Assembly: GCA_964016885.1 (NCBI GenBank)
Contig: OZ024741.1
Span: forward strand, 251,782,001-251,846,000
Origin: Eledone cirrhosa
Taxonomy: Eukaryota
Direction of reading: 5' to 3'
DNA length: 64,000 nt
Of this stretch, positions 14,681 to 27,965 are shown in pieces (position 1 is the stretch's first letter; every line of letters starts with the position of its first letter). The position numbers were made by a program, and so were the translations under genes. Under the pieces are notes generated by a model. That model had not been told where the DNA came from. It did no database searches and worked only from the letters and a program-made list of their open reading frames with translations.

Positions 14681-15664
14681 ACTGTAGTTTTGGATCAACC
14701 ATTATTGTAGATTATTCCTTTTGACATGCTGTATGGAGTGTTCCATTTAGTGAGTAGGGGTGGCATGAATGAAAATTCAAATATTAGTGTGTGTGTGGTG
14801 TGTATGTGTGTGTGTATTTGTCTTCTTGTCAAGTATATCTTGTAAAGTAACCTTGGTATTACATAATTTATTCTTCCTGGCTTTTGCTGTGATTCTAATG
14901 GATATGTGGAGAGTTTTTTTTTAAATCCTGTTAAATGCTTGTAGTTTGCCTTTTGATTTGTTCCAAAAATCAAAAAATTAAATAATATAGTAGTTGTTGA
15001 GAAAGTGTTTCCACTTTCCAATAATATATTTTTTAAAGATTTGGTCAAATATCATTTCTGCTTCATGATATATTTTTTCTTCAAGGAAACCCATCACTAA
15101 TTTAATAGACAAAGGTGACACTTTTAAGCTCAGGCCTGTTCATTTTATTTATCTATGTGTTTTTCCATTCAAGTTAAATATTTTTTCTTCTAATGTTAGG
15201 TATAGAGCTTTGATGACATACATATATGCATTCATACATATACACATATATAGATACATTATATGCATACATACATGAATGCATACATCCATTCATTCAT
15301 CCATCCATCTATACATACATACATAAATGCATGCATACATATATTATACATGCAGATATCCATACATGCATACACAGATACATATATGCATACATACATG
15401 CATGAATGAATGCATATATCCATTGATCCATCCATCTATACATACATACATACATACATACATACATACATACGTACATACGTACATACATGCATACATA
15501 CATACAGCTCCCTAATTCATAGTCTACAAATGGCTGCGATAGCTGGCACCTTCAAAATTTGCAAAACATTCTTGCGATTCAAGGAATGACAATTTCTTTT
15601 CTTTTACAACCTTGCCACCAGGAAGGTGGCCGGTCAAAATATACTCGAAATTAAGAGAAAGAGA

Positions 15665-15857
15665 GAACACATACATATGTGCATACATACATATGTGCAT
15701 ACATACATACATATGTGCATACATACATATGTACATACATACATATGTGCATACATACATATGTACATACATACATATGTGCATACATACATATGTGCAT
15801 ACATACATATGTGCATACATACATATGTGCATACATACATATGTGCATACATATGTG
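15665..15857. repeat. 16/20-bp (catacatatgtg)-type tandem repeat
   Basis: Direct reading. Confidence 0.85.
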
Positions 15858-17885
15858 GCAGAAAAATGAAGGAATGTTTAGTAGTGAAAAAAAGAGAACA
15901 TTTATAACAAACTAATGAGAAATCTGTAACTACTCTACCCTGACTACTTTAGATTTTTACCTGTGATCATTAGGCCACTGGTTATGTTAGTAACTACATG
16001 AGAACAAATCTTGAGCAGCTGGGCTTCACAAAACCAGAAAGAACAAGACTAATTAGAAAATTACAAGTATAATCCATTAATAAAACTGTAAAAATATGTA
16101 AAACATTCCAGAAGTTTAGTGTGTAATAGCTACATGTACATGCATATAGACATAAAAAAACATGTATATGAGCACATATATAATCTAAAATATATAGGTT
16201 CACATGTGTAATGACATCCTTACCTGCTCACATACATGTAGATAGAAATTTCTAATTACCTAGCTGATATTGTCTAAATTCCAATGAAAGACTCTTGTTT
16301 CTGGGCTAGGAACCCCCCCCCCCCCTCTCTCTCTCTCTTGGTGTGGAATTAAAAAAATAAAACCTGAAGAACTTACATGCATACATAGACACATACATAT
16401 ATATGCTATATATACATATGCTCATACATAATTATATAGATATATACATATGTGCATACATACATATATACATACAAGGATGTAGTGAAATTATCCTTAG
16501 GTGGAATAGGGTGTATTTTCGTGTCATAGTTGATATTCATCCTTTCTTACAAAAGATTCCCCATGATGTCAGCCTGAACTCTTTAAAGGTAAGCCAAACA
16601 CAAGTAAGTTCTCTTTCCCCTTTTCTTTATCTCACATGATCACACAATGATTACCAAGGACTACTAGTGGTGGCTGGCTATTTTTACTCAGCCAAACACT
16701 CTCTCACATTCTCTTCACACACAACTGTTAGGTTTTTTTCTCTCCCTGTAAATGGTTTATATGATACAACATATTTTTCACCAATGCAATTTCACCTAAA
16801 CATACTGTAAAGAAAATACTTTCTGTAAAATAATATAATGTTAACATGGTTTCTTTTACTTCCATGGATATAATAAATATGTAATTAGCCGTGTGTTTCC
16901 TTGTTGGTCCCTACTCACTCAAATACTAATGCTTTAGGGAAATTGCTTTCCCCACTTCATTTACATGGTCACATTGAGTATCGATTGACTAAAGGAAAAT
17001 GTCTGTTAAACATACATACAGCATTTGTCATCTCAGCGATATTAGTACATTACAAAGCATTTGGCAAGGTGGTCAAGACAGATGTGTTAAACATATATTT
17101 TGAAATGATATTGATGGTACACTATGATATTCAATTTCTGAAAAATAATGTCAACAAGAGATAACCATTGATTAAAATATTGTGTGTAAATTTTAGCAAG
17201 CAAGAGAAATGGTATTTGCTATAATTAAGATATTTAGAGTTTAAGATCTTTTGTTTCCAAAGCCTGGCTTCGTTAACTTAACACAATTGATAAAATATAC
17301 CTACTGGTGTTAATGCAGTACAATAAATTAGATAGCACTAGCTTCACTGGGTTGTATAGACTTTATACATTACATATCTGTGGGTTTACATCTTAAGTGG
17401 CTGAATAGAATACTGCCTAGCAATTTTGTGATACACACATTACAATAAGCAACTTTCTGAGATTTAGTTATTTAGTTTAGGGAAGTGCTTAATGGTTAGG
17501 ATGTTTGACATAAGATCATAATGTCATAGCTTTGATTCCTGGACAGACTGATGCATTGTGTTCTTAAGCAAAACACTTTATTGCACGTTTCTCCAATACA
17601 CTCAGCTGAGATGAATACCAACAGTAACTGGGAAGTTAATACTGTGAGACTGGCATCCTGTCTTTTACTCTCAGTTGCTTAACTCCAAGGAAACCAGAGA
17701 TAAGCACCATCCTGATGAACCTACAGATTAGAACAGACTTAAACTAACATTAAATTCTTAGCAGTAATATGATCTATATTGCAGATACAGAATGTAACAT
17801 GCTTTGCAAATAAGTTCATAGCTTATCTATTGGGCAGTTGACTATCCTTCTACAACAAGACTTTGCAGGTGGGTACACATTTTAA

Positions 17886-18115
17886 CCCTTTCATGACCAT
17901 ATTTAAAAAAAAAAAATACACACTATTTCAATTAATTAATGAAGAAATTTGAAAGATTTACTCAGATTATTTCCTTTACTAAGATAGTATCTTAACCTGT
18001 GGCTCTTACATAAAATTATGTAGGAAAATTTCAATTTAAATAGGAATTCTCTAAAATGGGTAATTTTATTTCACAGAACCAAAGGCAGTTTGGGGCATTT
18101 TTAGTATGAAAAGGG
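17886..18115. mobile_element. piggyBac-like MITE
   Basis: TTAA|CCCTTTCAT...ATGAAAAGGG|TTAA. Confidence 0.75.
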
Positions 18116-18849
18116 TTAATAGTGTCACATGACCTATATTATCATTACTACACCTGCAAATGTGGATGAATAGATTTTACATTACATACATATGTGTAAA
18201 TCCTTTACAACCCTAGTTACTTAAATGAAAGCTACAATTAGGGAGATGTGTGAGTGGTAAAGGTAATGCAAGGGTTTGGTTATGATCATACCTTACTCCC
18301 AACTGTGTCTCTGTGCATTGCAGCACCTAAAATATGAACCCTGAGTCTGTACGTTTGCGTTTGTGTGAGAGTGTTGTTGCAAATGTATGATAAATTAAGG
18401 CAGAATGTCATCTTAAATATACATGAGTGGGAGTGTTGTGTATGTGGCATAGAATGAGGGTGTGTGTATATATAGATGCATTGATTTAGAAGTTACCTAG
18501 ATGCATTATTGATATCTCCTTTCTAGAGACAATAATTCTTCATCCCATCCCGTAATTCACCATATTCATGCCTGTTTCTATATTATCATTTAACTGGTGG
18601 ACTAGTACCATCAATAGTGACCTAATGATGGCTAATACATTAAATATATTTAATTTTTGTAGTCTAGGATTGGTATGTACCAGAATTATTGGATACAAGG
18701 TCAGATTTAGCAGGTGGCAGATGAGGTGAATGACCTGGGCATCCCTTGTCAAACAAGGTACTCTCAAGGAACAGACCACTCCCCACACATCCTCTCTGAA
18801 CAGGGTCCCTATGTCCATCAACTAGAATGTAGAGCAGTAGAGAAGCATG

Positions 18850-19215
18850 CACAGAAAGAGTAAAAATGAGGTGTATGAGTGAAGTATTGCTCAAAAAGAG
18901 GATAACAACTAATGACTTGCAGAGGATGATTGGAATAGAGCCAGTGATTGATGTTGTAAAGAGAAATAGAATGAGATGGTTGGGTCATGTGTAGAGGAAG
19001 GATGAAAGTGACTGGTTGAGAGAAGTGATGGAAATTAATGTGGAAGGAGGTAGAAAAAGATGAATACCAAAAAAATACAACTGTAGATGATGGTGGATGT
19101 AATGAAAGCCAGAGTATTATTAAGGGAGATTGCAGTTAATATGGAAAAGTGTAGGACCTTAACATGAGGCCCACAAGGTCAACCTTTAGTAGATAAAATG
19201 GCGTTCAATTGTTTG
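18850..19215 (+). mobile_element. Decayed RTE LINE 3' end
   Basis: MIGIEPVIDVVKRNRMRWLGHV*RKDESDWLREVMEINVEGGRKR. Confidence 0.75.
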
Positions 19216-19726
19216 TTGTTGATATATGAGGGCCATCCCCAATGTCTAAAATATGACTCTGACAGGATTTATGAACAATCACTCAAATTTGCGAATTTAT
19301 GTTTTAATACATTAATTGGTTGATTTAGAGAATTTCTTTCTTGGATATGATTACATAAATGTGCAACATATATGTACGAATGACATATTGGTTTAAATGT
19401 ATGAGTACAAGCCATGCACCTTCACAGCATGACTAATATAGGAAATGCACAGTATGTATGTGTGTGAGCCTGTATGTGGGTAGGTAAATGTTTGAAGGAT
19501 TACAGACAGAGATATATACAAACACACAACATATTAATATAGTTGATATTCGTTATTGTTTTATTTGTCATTCATATATTTATTTATGTAGATTTATTTA
19601 GTCATTTTGTTATGCATGTATTTATTGAATTTCTAAAAGTCTACTACACATTCTTTAGTTATGTTTTAGTCAACCTTTATACTGATGCTTTGACACATTT
19701 TTATTAGTTGCATTACATATGAGTTA

Positions 19727-20010
19727 AGGTGGTGAATTGGCAGAATCATTAGGGTGTTGGATTAAAAAATGCAATGGTATTTGTTCCAGGTCGATTTTTC
19801 ATTTCTTCCTTTCGAGGTCAATAGATAAGTACCATTCTAGTACTGAGGTCGAATCTTCCTCTCTCATGCTGTCTCCTTCTCAGGAAGAAATTGACTATGT
19901 TCCAAGCTGGAATAGGATGGGCTCTAACAGGTTTTAAATGCCCAAGGCACACTAGGTGACAGGAGAGTACCCCTATGATTCCATCAGGAGTTAAGTGCCC
20001 TTTATCTTAC
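19727..20010 (+). mobile_element. SINE A-related element with an alternative 3' tail
   Basis: ggtggtgaattggcagaatc head; tail shared with 20450-20570 and 22110-22250. Confidence 0.6.
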
Positions 20011-20214
20011 CTTATTTATGAGTTACTTATACTCATTTGCCATTTGATAACTTATATACTTATTCATTTTCACAAATCATTTACTCGTTTATTTGTTTTA
20101 TAATTATTTTGTTAGTCATATTTTAGTCATTCTCTACTATTCAGACACTTTCATAAATTTCTATTATTTCCCTAACTTAATATTTTTTTAATCAATTTAT
20201 TACACCATATGTAA

Positions 20215-20570
20215 GGTTAGTGAATTCACAGAGTCATTAAGACAAGAGATAGAATGCTTTGCAGCATTTGTTCTGGATCTTTGCACCCTGAGTTCAAATC
20301 CCACCAAAGACAATTTTACCTCTTATCTTTCTGAGGTTGATAAAAAAAAATTAGCAGTCCTGTACTGAGGTCAAGTGTTCCTCTGTATCTCTTTCTCAAT
20401 CCCCCACCTCTCTCTCACTCTCTCTATCTATCTAACTATCTATCTATCTCCTTCTCTGGAAGAAATCAGCTGTGTTCATATCTGAAGAGGGGATGGATTC
20501 TGCCAGGTTTCATGTGCCCAAGACATGCCATATGCCATAACAGTACCCTGATAATTTCATCAGGAATTAC
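20215..20570 (+). mobile_element. SINE A-related element with an alternative 3' tail
   Basis: ctgagttcaaatccc B box; ggaagaaatcagctgtgttc..ccaggtttcatgtgcccaagac tail. Confidence 0.6.
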
Positions 20571-21599
20571 AGGTGCATACATACATCATATTATATCTAA
20601 CTGATGGTTCTTTTGTAACTTGGCCCTTTATTTCATTACTATATCACTGTCTTTCCATCCTGGCTGAGGACTTGATGAGCACCCTAGTTTTGTAAAGAAG
20701 TGGTGTAAGTGCCACGATTAAATACACCCAGCCCACTCAGTAAAGTGGCAGAGCTGGTGCCATGATAAAATGGACCCCAGCCTCTCTATAAATTCTTAGT
20801 GCTGATGCCATGATAAAATACCCCAGTGCACCCAGGAAAGTAGCAGAGTTGGTGCCACAATAAACTGCACCCAGAACATACTGTAAAATGGTTGACCATA
20901 AAAAAGGCATCCAGCCATAAAAACCATGCCCAAAATAGAATGTATGAATAAGATGTGATCACCTAACTTGTTTGGTCTTGGTATGTGACGACCCATCTGA
21001 CCTATTCAAGCATGGAAAATAGATGTAAAACATTGATGCTAATGATAGGGGTGGGGAATGAATGTTAAATGATATTTATATGTATGCATGTCTGTGTCTA
21101 TAAATATGTGTATGTGTGTGTGTCTCTGTAATTTTTCTTTGCAATCAACACTGCCAGGTGGTGTCATTTCTTTATGTCCTGCATAAACAATATGTTCCAA
21201 GCTTTAGCCATTCAATATACGAAGACTGGTTACTTACTTTAAAAATAAATGTTTCATTTAACCTATGTTTGCATAGAAAGAGTAACAAAATTATATACAG
21301 GGCAGTCCAACATTTACTTAAATTCTGGTCTTTTATTATGAAATTATAAATACATCAAACAAAAGTTGTTAAAAAAAATATAACTATGATCATACACATA
21401 ACCAGATGTTCAAAAAGTTATCTGTGAACCTTGCACTAAAAAATGCATTGACTCCAAGATTACTTATGACTCAACCTGTATATTTTGATGTGGGTTTCAT
21501 TTATTTCTCTGATAGTTGTTCAGAAATTGTTCCATCATAAAACTAAATTTGAAGTTAGCTATTATTACGATTAAGTTGCTATCTTTGAATATATTTGTC

Positions 21600-21920
21600 A
21601 AGCTGGGTCATTGAAAGGTTTGGCACAACGGCATGCTGAAATAAACCCTCAAAGTATGCAGCACCAACCTCCACTAGGCTGCTAACTGAAATGCTTGGCA
21701 CCATACAATCTAGCAAGCTACCAGCACAAACCCAGTGGAAAAGCTGTCAAAACAGAGTCCAGTACAATCCAGACATTTCCCTGTGGCCACTGTGAATGGA
21801 TCTGCTGATCTCAGATTGGTCAGATCAGTCACCAGTGTCCCTGCATACAAAGCAGACAGAACTGACCCAGAACTGACTTCAATAGCATCGTTGTTATCAA
21901 AGTCACCACTAACAACAATG
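21600..21920 (+). mobile_element. Decayed RTE LINE 3' end with C-terminal zinc finger
   Basis: Reads FPCGHCEWIC*SQIGQISHQCPC, matching the CxxC..SRIGLxSH motif at RTE C-termini. Confidence 0.65.
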
Positions 21921-21941
21921 AATATACAGAGCATATATATA

Positions 21942-22250
21942 GGCGGCGAAATGGCAGAGTCGTTAAGATGTTGGATAGAATGCTTTATGGTATTCATCCT
22001 ACTCATTGCACGCTCTGAGTTCAAATCCCGCCGGGGTCAACTTTGCCTTTCATCCTCTCGAGGTCAATAAAAAAAAAAAGTACCAGTCCAGTACTGGGGT
22101 CGATTCTTCCTCTATAGAAAAAAAATTGGCTGTGTTCAGATCTGGAGAGGGTTGGGCTCCACCAGGTTTAAAAGTGCCCCAGACGTGCCGTATGACTGTG
22201 CTTCTGCAACTCCATAAGGAGTTATGGTATCTTTATCCTTTTTATAAGGA
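21942..22250 (+). mobile_element. SINE A-related element with an alternative 3' tail
   Basis: ggcggcgaaatggcagagtcgttaag head, gagttcaaatcccgcc, ctttgcctttcatcctctcgaggtcaataaa. Confidence 0.75.
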
Positions 22251-22359
22251 GTTCCCTCCCTCGATTTTGTCATTATCAACTTCAATTTCATCATCATCAA
22301 TTTCAGTTTCATAATTACTGTAGGATAGAGAGAAATCATTTTATTATTAAGATTATTAG

Positions 22360-22552
22360 GGCAGTGGATTGGCAGTATCGGTAGAGGCTTGGATGCCATG
22401 CTTTGTGGCAAAGAGTTACGGCCCTTTATGGTCTGAGTTCAAATCCCGCCGAGGTTAACTTTGCCTTTCACCCTTACAGGGTCGATAAAATAAAGTACCA
22501 GTAATACACTGGGATAATTGCTGGCCTTGTGCCAAAAGTAGAAATAATTATT
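22360..22552 (+). mobile_element. SINE family A, followed by an older tandem copy to ~22790
   Basis: Full family consensus. Confidence 0.9.
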
Positions 22553-22819
22553 AAGAGTGGTTGAGCAGTGGACTGGCAGTATTAATAGGGAGTTGGACAC
22601 CATGCTTTGCAGCATAGAGCTACGCCTCTTTACATTCCGAGTTCAAATCTTGCTGAGGTTAGCTTTACCTTTCATCCTTACAGAGTCAATAAAATAAAGT
22701 ACCAGTAATGCACTGAGGTTGATTTAATAGAAATTTTCCCCTTGTCTTCAAACTGCTGACGTTTTACCTAAATCAGAAACCATTTTTAAGAGAGTGGTGT
22801 AACAGACTTTCAGATCAGT

Positions 22820-22864
<45 letters not shown>

Positions 22865-22988
22865 ATCTATCTATCTATCTATCTATCCATCTGTATATCT
22901 ATCTATCTGTATATCTAATATATATATATTTATATATACACGCACACAGACACACACACACACACACACACATACATATATATATATG

Positions 22989-23475
22989 TATGATATTAAA
23001 TAAATGGAAACTATATTTATAAAACCATATTTATTTCGTTATATATATTTCAGGGATATCATATTAACAATATGTTATGCCTTCTTCAGACAAAATACAA
23101 TATAAACAGTCTATTTAGTCACATGCATTTCTTCTTTTTCTTCGTTTCTCTTTCTTTCTTTCTTTCTCTCTTTCTTTTTACAACTGTCCACAATATTTTT
23201 TACTGCCAAATCAACCTCCCAAATGCAAGGTGATTGAAAGGTATGTCGTATCTATTTATTTATAAGACTGTTTATATTGTATTTTGTCTGAAGTAGGCAT
23301 AACATATTGTTAATATGATATCCCTGAAATATATATAACGAAATAAATATGGTTTTATAAATATAGTTTCCATTTATTTAATATCATAAATATACTCCAA
23401 ATACTTGTTGAGTGCTTTTATATCAGTTATAAATATTTACTCGTTGTTAACCCAACAATTTAAATATAACTTTCC
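22989..23475. mobile_element. Penelope-like pseudo-LTR fold-back (124-bp arms, 22989-23112 and 23265-23388) with hammerhead motif
   Basis: Near-perfect inverted repeat in TA-rich flanks; pyrimidine tract in the spacer. Confidence 0.7.
23032..23097 (-). ncRNA. Type I hammerhead ribozyme motif with long stem II
   Basis: Minus strand: uauuuugu CUGAAGA agg..(hairpin)..ccu GAAA uauaua UA acgaaaua; the plus-arm copy has CUGAAGU. Confidence 0.6.
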
Positions 23476-23689
23476 ATATATATATATGTATATATATGGT
23501 AATATATGTAATCTTCCCTATTACATTTGTTTTTCCATGGTGGAATGGTTTGGATGACAAAAACGTAGACAAGCCTTCATTAGTGTGGTATAATTAACAT
23601 GGTTATTTGTGATTCAAATTCTACCTGTGAGCCTGCTATTATATACTCAATCTGATATTAATCCTTATAAAGGTATAATCTATTAAATT

Positions 23690-24048
23690 GTTTCCCTACA
23701 GGCGACAATATATCTATCAAGGAAATGAAGAATTTGTCCAAATATAAAGATCTGGAGATAGAAATAACCCGAATATGGATGATGAAAACAGAAATAATCC
23801 CTATAATAATAGGGGCTCTGGAAATGATAGGAATAAAAAATAAAAAAAAATACACACACATGGACAGACAGATACATAGTCAAAACTCTTGAACTTACAA
23901 ATATTTACAGCATAGAGAAAATATATACAACACTACTTGGCTCTGTACACATATTACAAAGTGTATGTGCACAGAGCTGTGCACATACCAAAGGTGCACA
24001 GCTATGTTTAGTGATGCAGTGACGACAATATAAAATAAGACTAATAAT
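23690..24048 (+). mobile_element. R4/Dong-type non-LTR retrotransposon 3' end (restriction-like endonuclease tail)
   Basis: DNISIKEMKNLSKYKDLEIEITRIWMMKTEIIPIIIGALEMI...LLGSVHILQ; ends in taataat. Confidence 0.8.
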
Positions 24049-24262
24049 TGTTTCTAGTATTGGCACAAGGCTAGCAATTTGAAGGAAAGGGTAAAGTCAT
24101 ATTAAATCAACTCCAGTGAATTACTGGTACTTCATTTTATCGACCCTGTAAGGATGATAGGCAAATCTAATCTCGTCAGGATTAAACTCAGAATGTAAAA
24201 GGCCATAACTATATGCTGCAAAGCATATTGTCCAACACTCTACTGATCCTGCCAATCTACAG
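24043..24262 (-). mobile_element. SINE family A, older variant
   Basis: ttactggtacttcattttatcgaccctgtaaggatgataggcaaa. Confidence 0.8.
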
Positions 24263-24369
24263 CAAAAGCAAAGTTGTTTATGGCAGGATTTGAATGCAAA
24301 ATGTAAAAAGAAATACCTAAATATGTCTCTTAGAGAAGTTTGTCCAATGCTGTACTAATATAAGCATTC

Positions 24370-24561
24370 AATAATAATTGTTTCTACTTTTGGCACAAGG
24401 CCAGCAATAACCCAGAACATTACTGGTACTTTATTTTATCGACCCCGTAAGGATGAAAAGCAATGTTAACCTCGGCGGGATTTGAACTCAGATCATAAAG
24501 GGACGTAACTCTTTTCTGCAAAGCATGGCATCCAACCCTCTACCAATACTGCCAATCCACC
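24370..24561 (-). mobile_element. SINE family A
   Basis: Reverse complement match to the family. Confidence 0.9.
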
Positions 24562-24857
24562 CAAGACATAATTGGAGTTATTGCTAAATGGATAGTAAAA
24601 CCAGAAATTGGCAGTATCAGTAGAGAGTCGGACGCCATGCTTTCCAGCATAGTTACGTCCCTTTACGTCCCTTTACGTCTGTGTTCAAATCCCGCCGAGT
24701 GGGGGGACTGTGTGCTTTTTGTTGTGACACTTACACAATCTCTTTAGTGTAGACTGGATGCTGTGGTACCAACATAACTTTACAGAGAAAGGGTGATGTG
24801 GGTGGGAGTGGGAGGATGGAGTAGGGGCAGTGGGTTGGGGTGTATATTATTTATATA

Positions 24858-24998
24858 TACATGGCTTAGTGGTTAGAGCATTGGCCTTGCAATCGAAAGG
24901 TTGTGAGTTCAATTCTCAGACTGGGTGATGTGTTGTTTCCTTGAGCAAGACACTTTATTTCACATTGCTCCAGTTTACTCAGCTGTAGAAATGAGATG
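24858..24998 (+). mobile_element. SINE family B, 5' half
   Basis: Matches 12745-12885. Confidence 0.85.
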
Positions 24999-25120
24999 TC
25001 AGATGTGTGTATGCATGAGAATCCCCCTCCTCACACATACAGACCCTACTCCCCATATATGTGTATATACAGATATAACTATCATATATATGTGTATATA
25101 TATATATATATATATCATCA

Positions 25121-25313
25121 GGCGGTGGATTGGCAGTATCGGTAGAGAGTCGGACACCATGCTTTGCAGCACAGAGTTACGGCCTTTTACGGTCTGAGTT
25201 AAAATCCCGCCGAGGTTAACTTTGCCTTTCATCCTTACAGGGTCGATAAAATAAAGTACCAGTAATACACTGGGATAATTGCTGGCCTCGTGCCAAAAGT
25301 AGAAACAATTATT
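25121..25313 (+). mobile_element. SINE family A, full length (~190 bp)
   Basis: A box tggcagtatcgg, B box gagttaaaatcc (gagttcaaatcc in other copies), core gcctttcatccttacagggtcgataaaataaagtaccag, ATT tail. Confidence 0.9.
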
Positions 25314-25454
25314 TAAAGTTCACTTTTCAGACTAGCATGGGTTAGACAGATTGTCCCATTTAGGGTAAGTCGGGCCAGATGACTTTATCTTACTCATACA
25401 GAACTATTTCTGATTTGATGTCTAAGGCTGGATGCCTTTCCTAATGCCAACCAC

Positions 25455-26340
25455 ATGTACAGTGTGTGTTGGGTGCTTTTTGTTTTGACTCCTACATGAC
25501 CACTTTACAGTGTGTACTAGGTGCTTTTTGTTGTGTCACCTACATGACCACTTTACAGTGTGGGCTGGGTGCTTTTTGTTGTGACTCCTACATGACCACT
25601 TTACAGTGTGGGCAGAGTACTTTTTGTCGTCTCACCTACATAACCACTTTACAGTGTGGGCTGGGTGCTTTTTGTTGTGACTCCTACATGACCACTTTAC
25701 AGTGTGGGCAGAGTACTTTTTGTCGTCTCACCTACATAACCACTTTACAGTGTGGGCAGAGTACTTTTTGTTGTGTCACCTACATGACCACTTTACAGTG
25801 TGGGCTGGGTGCTTTTTGTTGTGACTCCTACATGACCACTTTACAGTGTGGGCAGAGTACTTTTTGTCATCTCACCTACATAACCACTTTACAGTGTGGG
25901 CAGAGTACTTTTTGTTGTGTCACCTACATGATCACTTTACAGTGTGGGCTGGGTGCTTTTTGTCGTGACACCTACATGACCACTTGACAGTGTGGGCAGG
26001 GTACTTTTTGTCGTGACACCTACATGACCACTTTACAGTGTGGGCTGGGGACTTTTTGTCGTGTCACCTACATGATCACTTTACAGTGTGGGCTGGGTGC
26101 TTTTTGTTGTGACACCTACATGACCACTTTACAGTGTGGGCAGGGTACTTTTTGTCGTGTCACCTACATGATTACTTTACAGTGGGGGCTGGGTGCTTTT
26201 TGCTGTGACACTTAAACGACCACTTTACAATATGTGCTGGATGCTTTTTGTCTTGTCACCTACATGACCACTTTACAGTGTGGGCTGGTTACTTTTTGTC
26301 ATGTCACCTACATAACCACTTTACAGTGAGGGCCGGGTGA
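25455..26340. repeat. 48-bp minisatellite (~18 units) amplified inside a SINE B / RTE-UTR-type element
   Basis: Unit ctacatgaccactttacagtgtgggctgggtgctttttgttgtgactc, preceded by the element's 3' end at 25320-25455. Confidence 0.9.
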
Positions 26341-26680
26341 TTATTTACTTAATCATACATAAATCAGTACATGAGTCTGCATGCATGTGTATGTGTTTGT
26401 GTATGTATATGTATATGTGTACGTGTGGAGGGGGTACTTCTATAACATAGCTGTATTGCTACACCCTTATCGAACTCCTCTTTCCTATCCCTAGCCCAAC
26501 CCTTTCCATATTATATATCTATTGATCAGTCATGCCTGGTTGTATAAACAGCTTCCTCTGCCACCACACACACACATGCACACATACATGCACACACACA
26601 TGCACGCACACACATACATACATGTGCATGTGCACACATATACACACACATGCATGCACATACGTGCATACACACACACA

Positions 26681-26717
<37 letters not shown>

Positions 26718-26844
26718 TGCCTATTTATTGATTAATATATATATGTTCACTTCAATAAAGCCTAAACTAACATACTGTGGGATTGTTGATGTTGTTGCTG
26801 ATGTTCATGGTGTGGTTGTTGTTGTTTTTAACGTTGGTTGTGTA

Positions 26845-26993
26845 ATTTCTTCTTCTTCTACTTCCTCTTCTACTTCTTCCTCTTCTTCGCTTTCTTCTTC
26901 TTCCACATCTACTACCTCTTCCTCCCCTTCTTCTTCTTCTTCTTCTTCTTCTTCTTCTTCTTCTTCTTCTTCCTCCTCCTCCTCCTCCTCTCC

Positions 26994-27026
<33 letters not shown>

Positions 27027-27172
27027 AACATTATCAGTATTTATATTCCTGCTGTAGATAATGATAATGATTATTATTATTATTATTATTATGGTGGTGG
27101 TGGTGGTGGTGGTGGTGGCAGTAGTGGTGGTAGTAGAAGTAGTAGTAGTAGCAGTAGTAGTGGTATTATTAT

Positions 27173-27238
<66 letters not shown>

Positions 27239-27269
27239 TGGTGGTGGTGGTGGTGGTGGTGGTGGTGGC

Positions 27270-27302
<33 letters not shown>

Positions 27303-27344
27303 GGTGGTGGTGGTGGTGGTGGTGGTGGCAGTAGTAGTAGTAGC

Positions 27345-27375
<31 letters not shown>

Positions 27376-27376
27376 T

Positions 27377-27422
<46 letters not shown>

Positions 27423-27965
27423 GTTAGCAGTAGTAGTAGTGGTGGTAGGACATCTCTGATGACAATATCTGTTCAGTTGCTCCTATTACTCTCATCATTG
27501 TTGTAGTTCTTGTTATTCGGGTTTCTGTTGTTACTGCTGTTGTTGTTGTTGTTATTGCTGTTGTTACTAATGTTGTTGTTGTTGTTGTTATTGCTGCTGT
27601 TGTTACTAATGTTGTTGTTGTTGTTGTTATTGCTGTTGTTGTTACTGCTGTTGTTGTTGTTGTTGTTATTGCTGTTACTAATGTGATTAATGTTATTCTT
27701 ATTAATGTTTTTGTTGTTATTTTTCTTACTAATATTGTTGTTGTTGATATTGTTATTGTCATTGTTGTTGTTGTTTTTGTTGTTGTTATTACTATTGTAG
27801 TTGTTATTACTGTTGTTGTTGTTAATGTTGTTTTTGTTATTGTTACTATTGCTGTTACTAATATTGTTGTTATTGTGGTTGTTGTTATTACTGTTGCTGT
27901 TACTCATGTTGTTATTATTGCTATTGATATTACTAATGTTATTGTTGTTGATGTTGTTGTTGTTA
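26845..27965. repeat. Compound triplet microsatellite (CTT, CCT, TAT, TGG, TAG, CAG, TTG)
   Basis: Direct reading. Confidence 0.95.

Noticed and set aside
16480-16612. Possible host exon ending in aag|gtaagc
   Set aside because: A donor-like site alone, with no recognisable protein or partner exons.
25466-26215. Cys-rich repetitive protein (MTTLQCGLGAFCCDSY)n
   Set aside because: It is the translation of a 48-bp SINE-derived minisatellite; no signal peptide or splice evidence, and the frame breaks.
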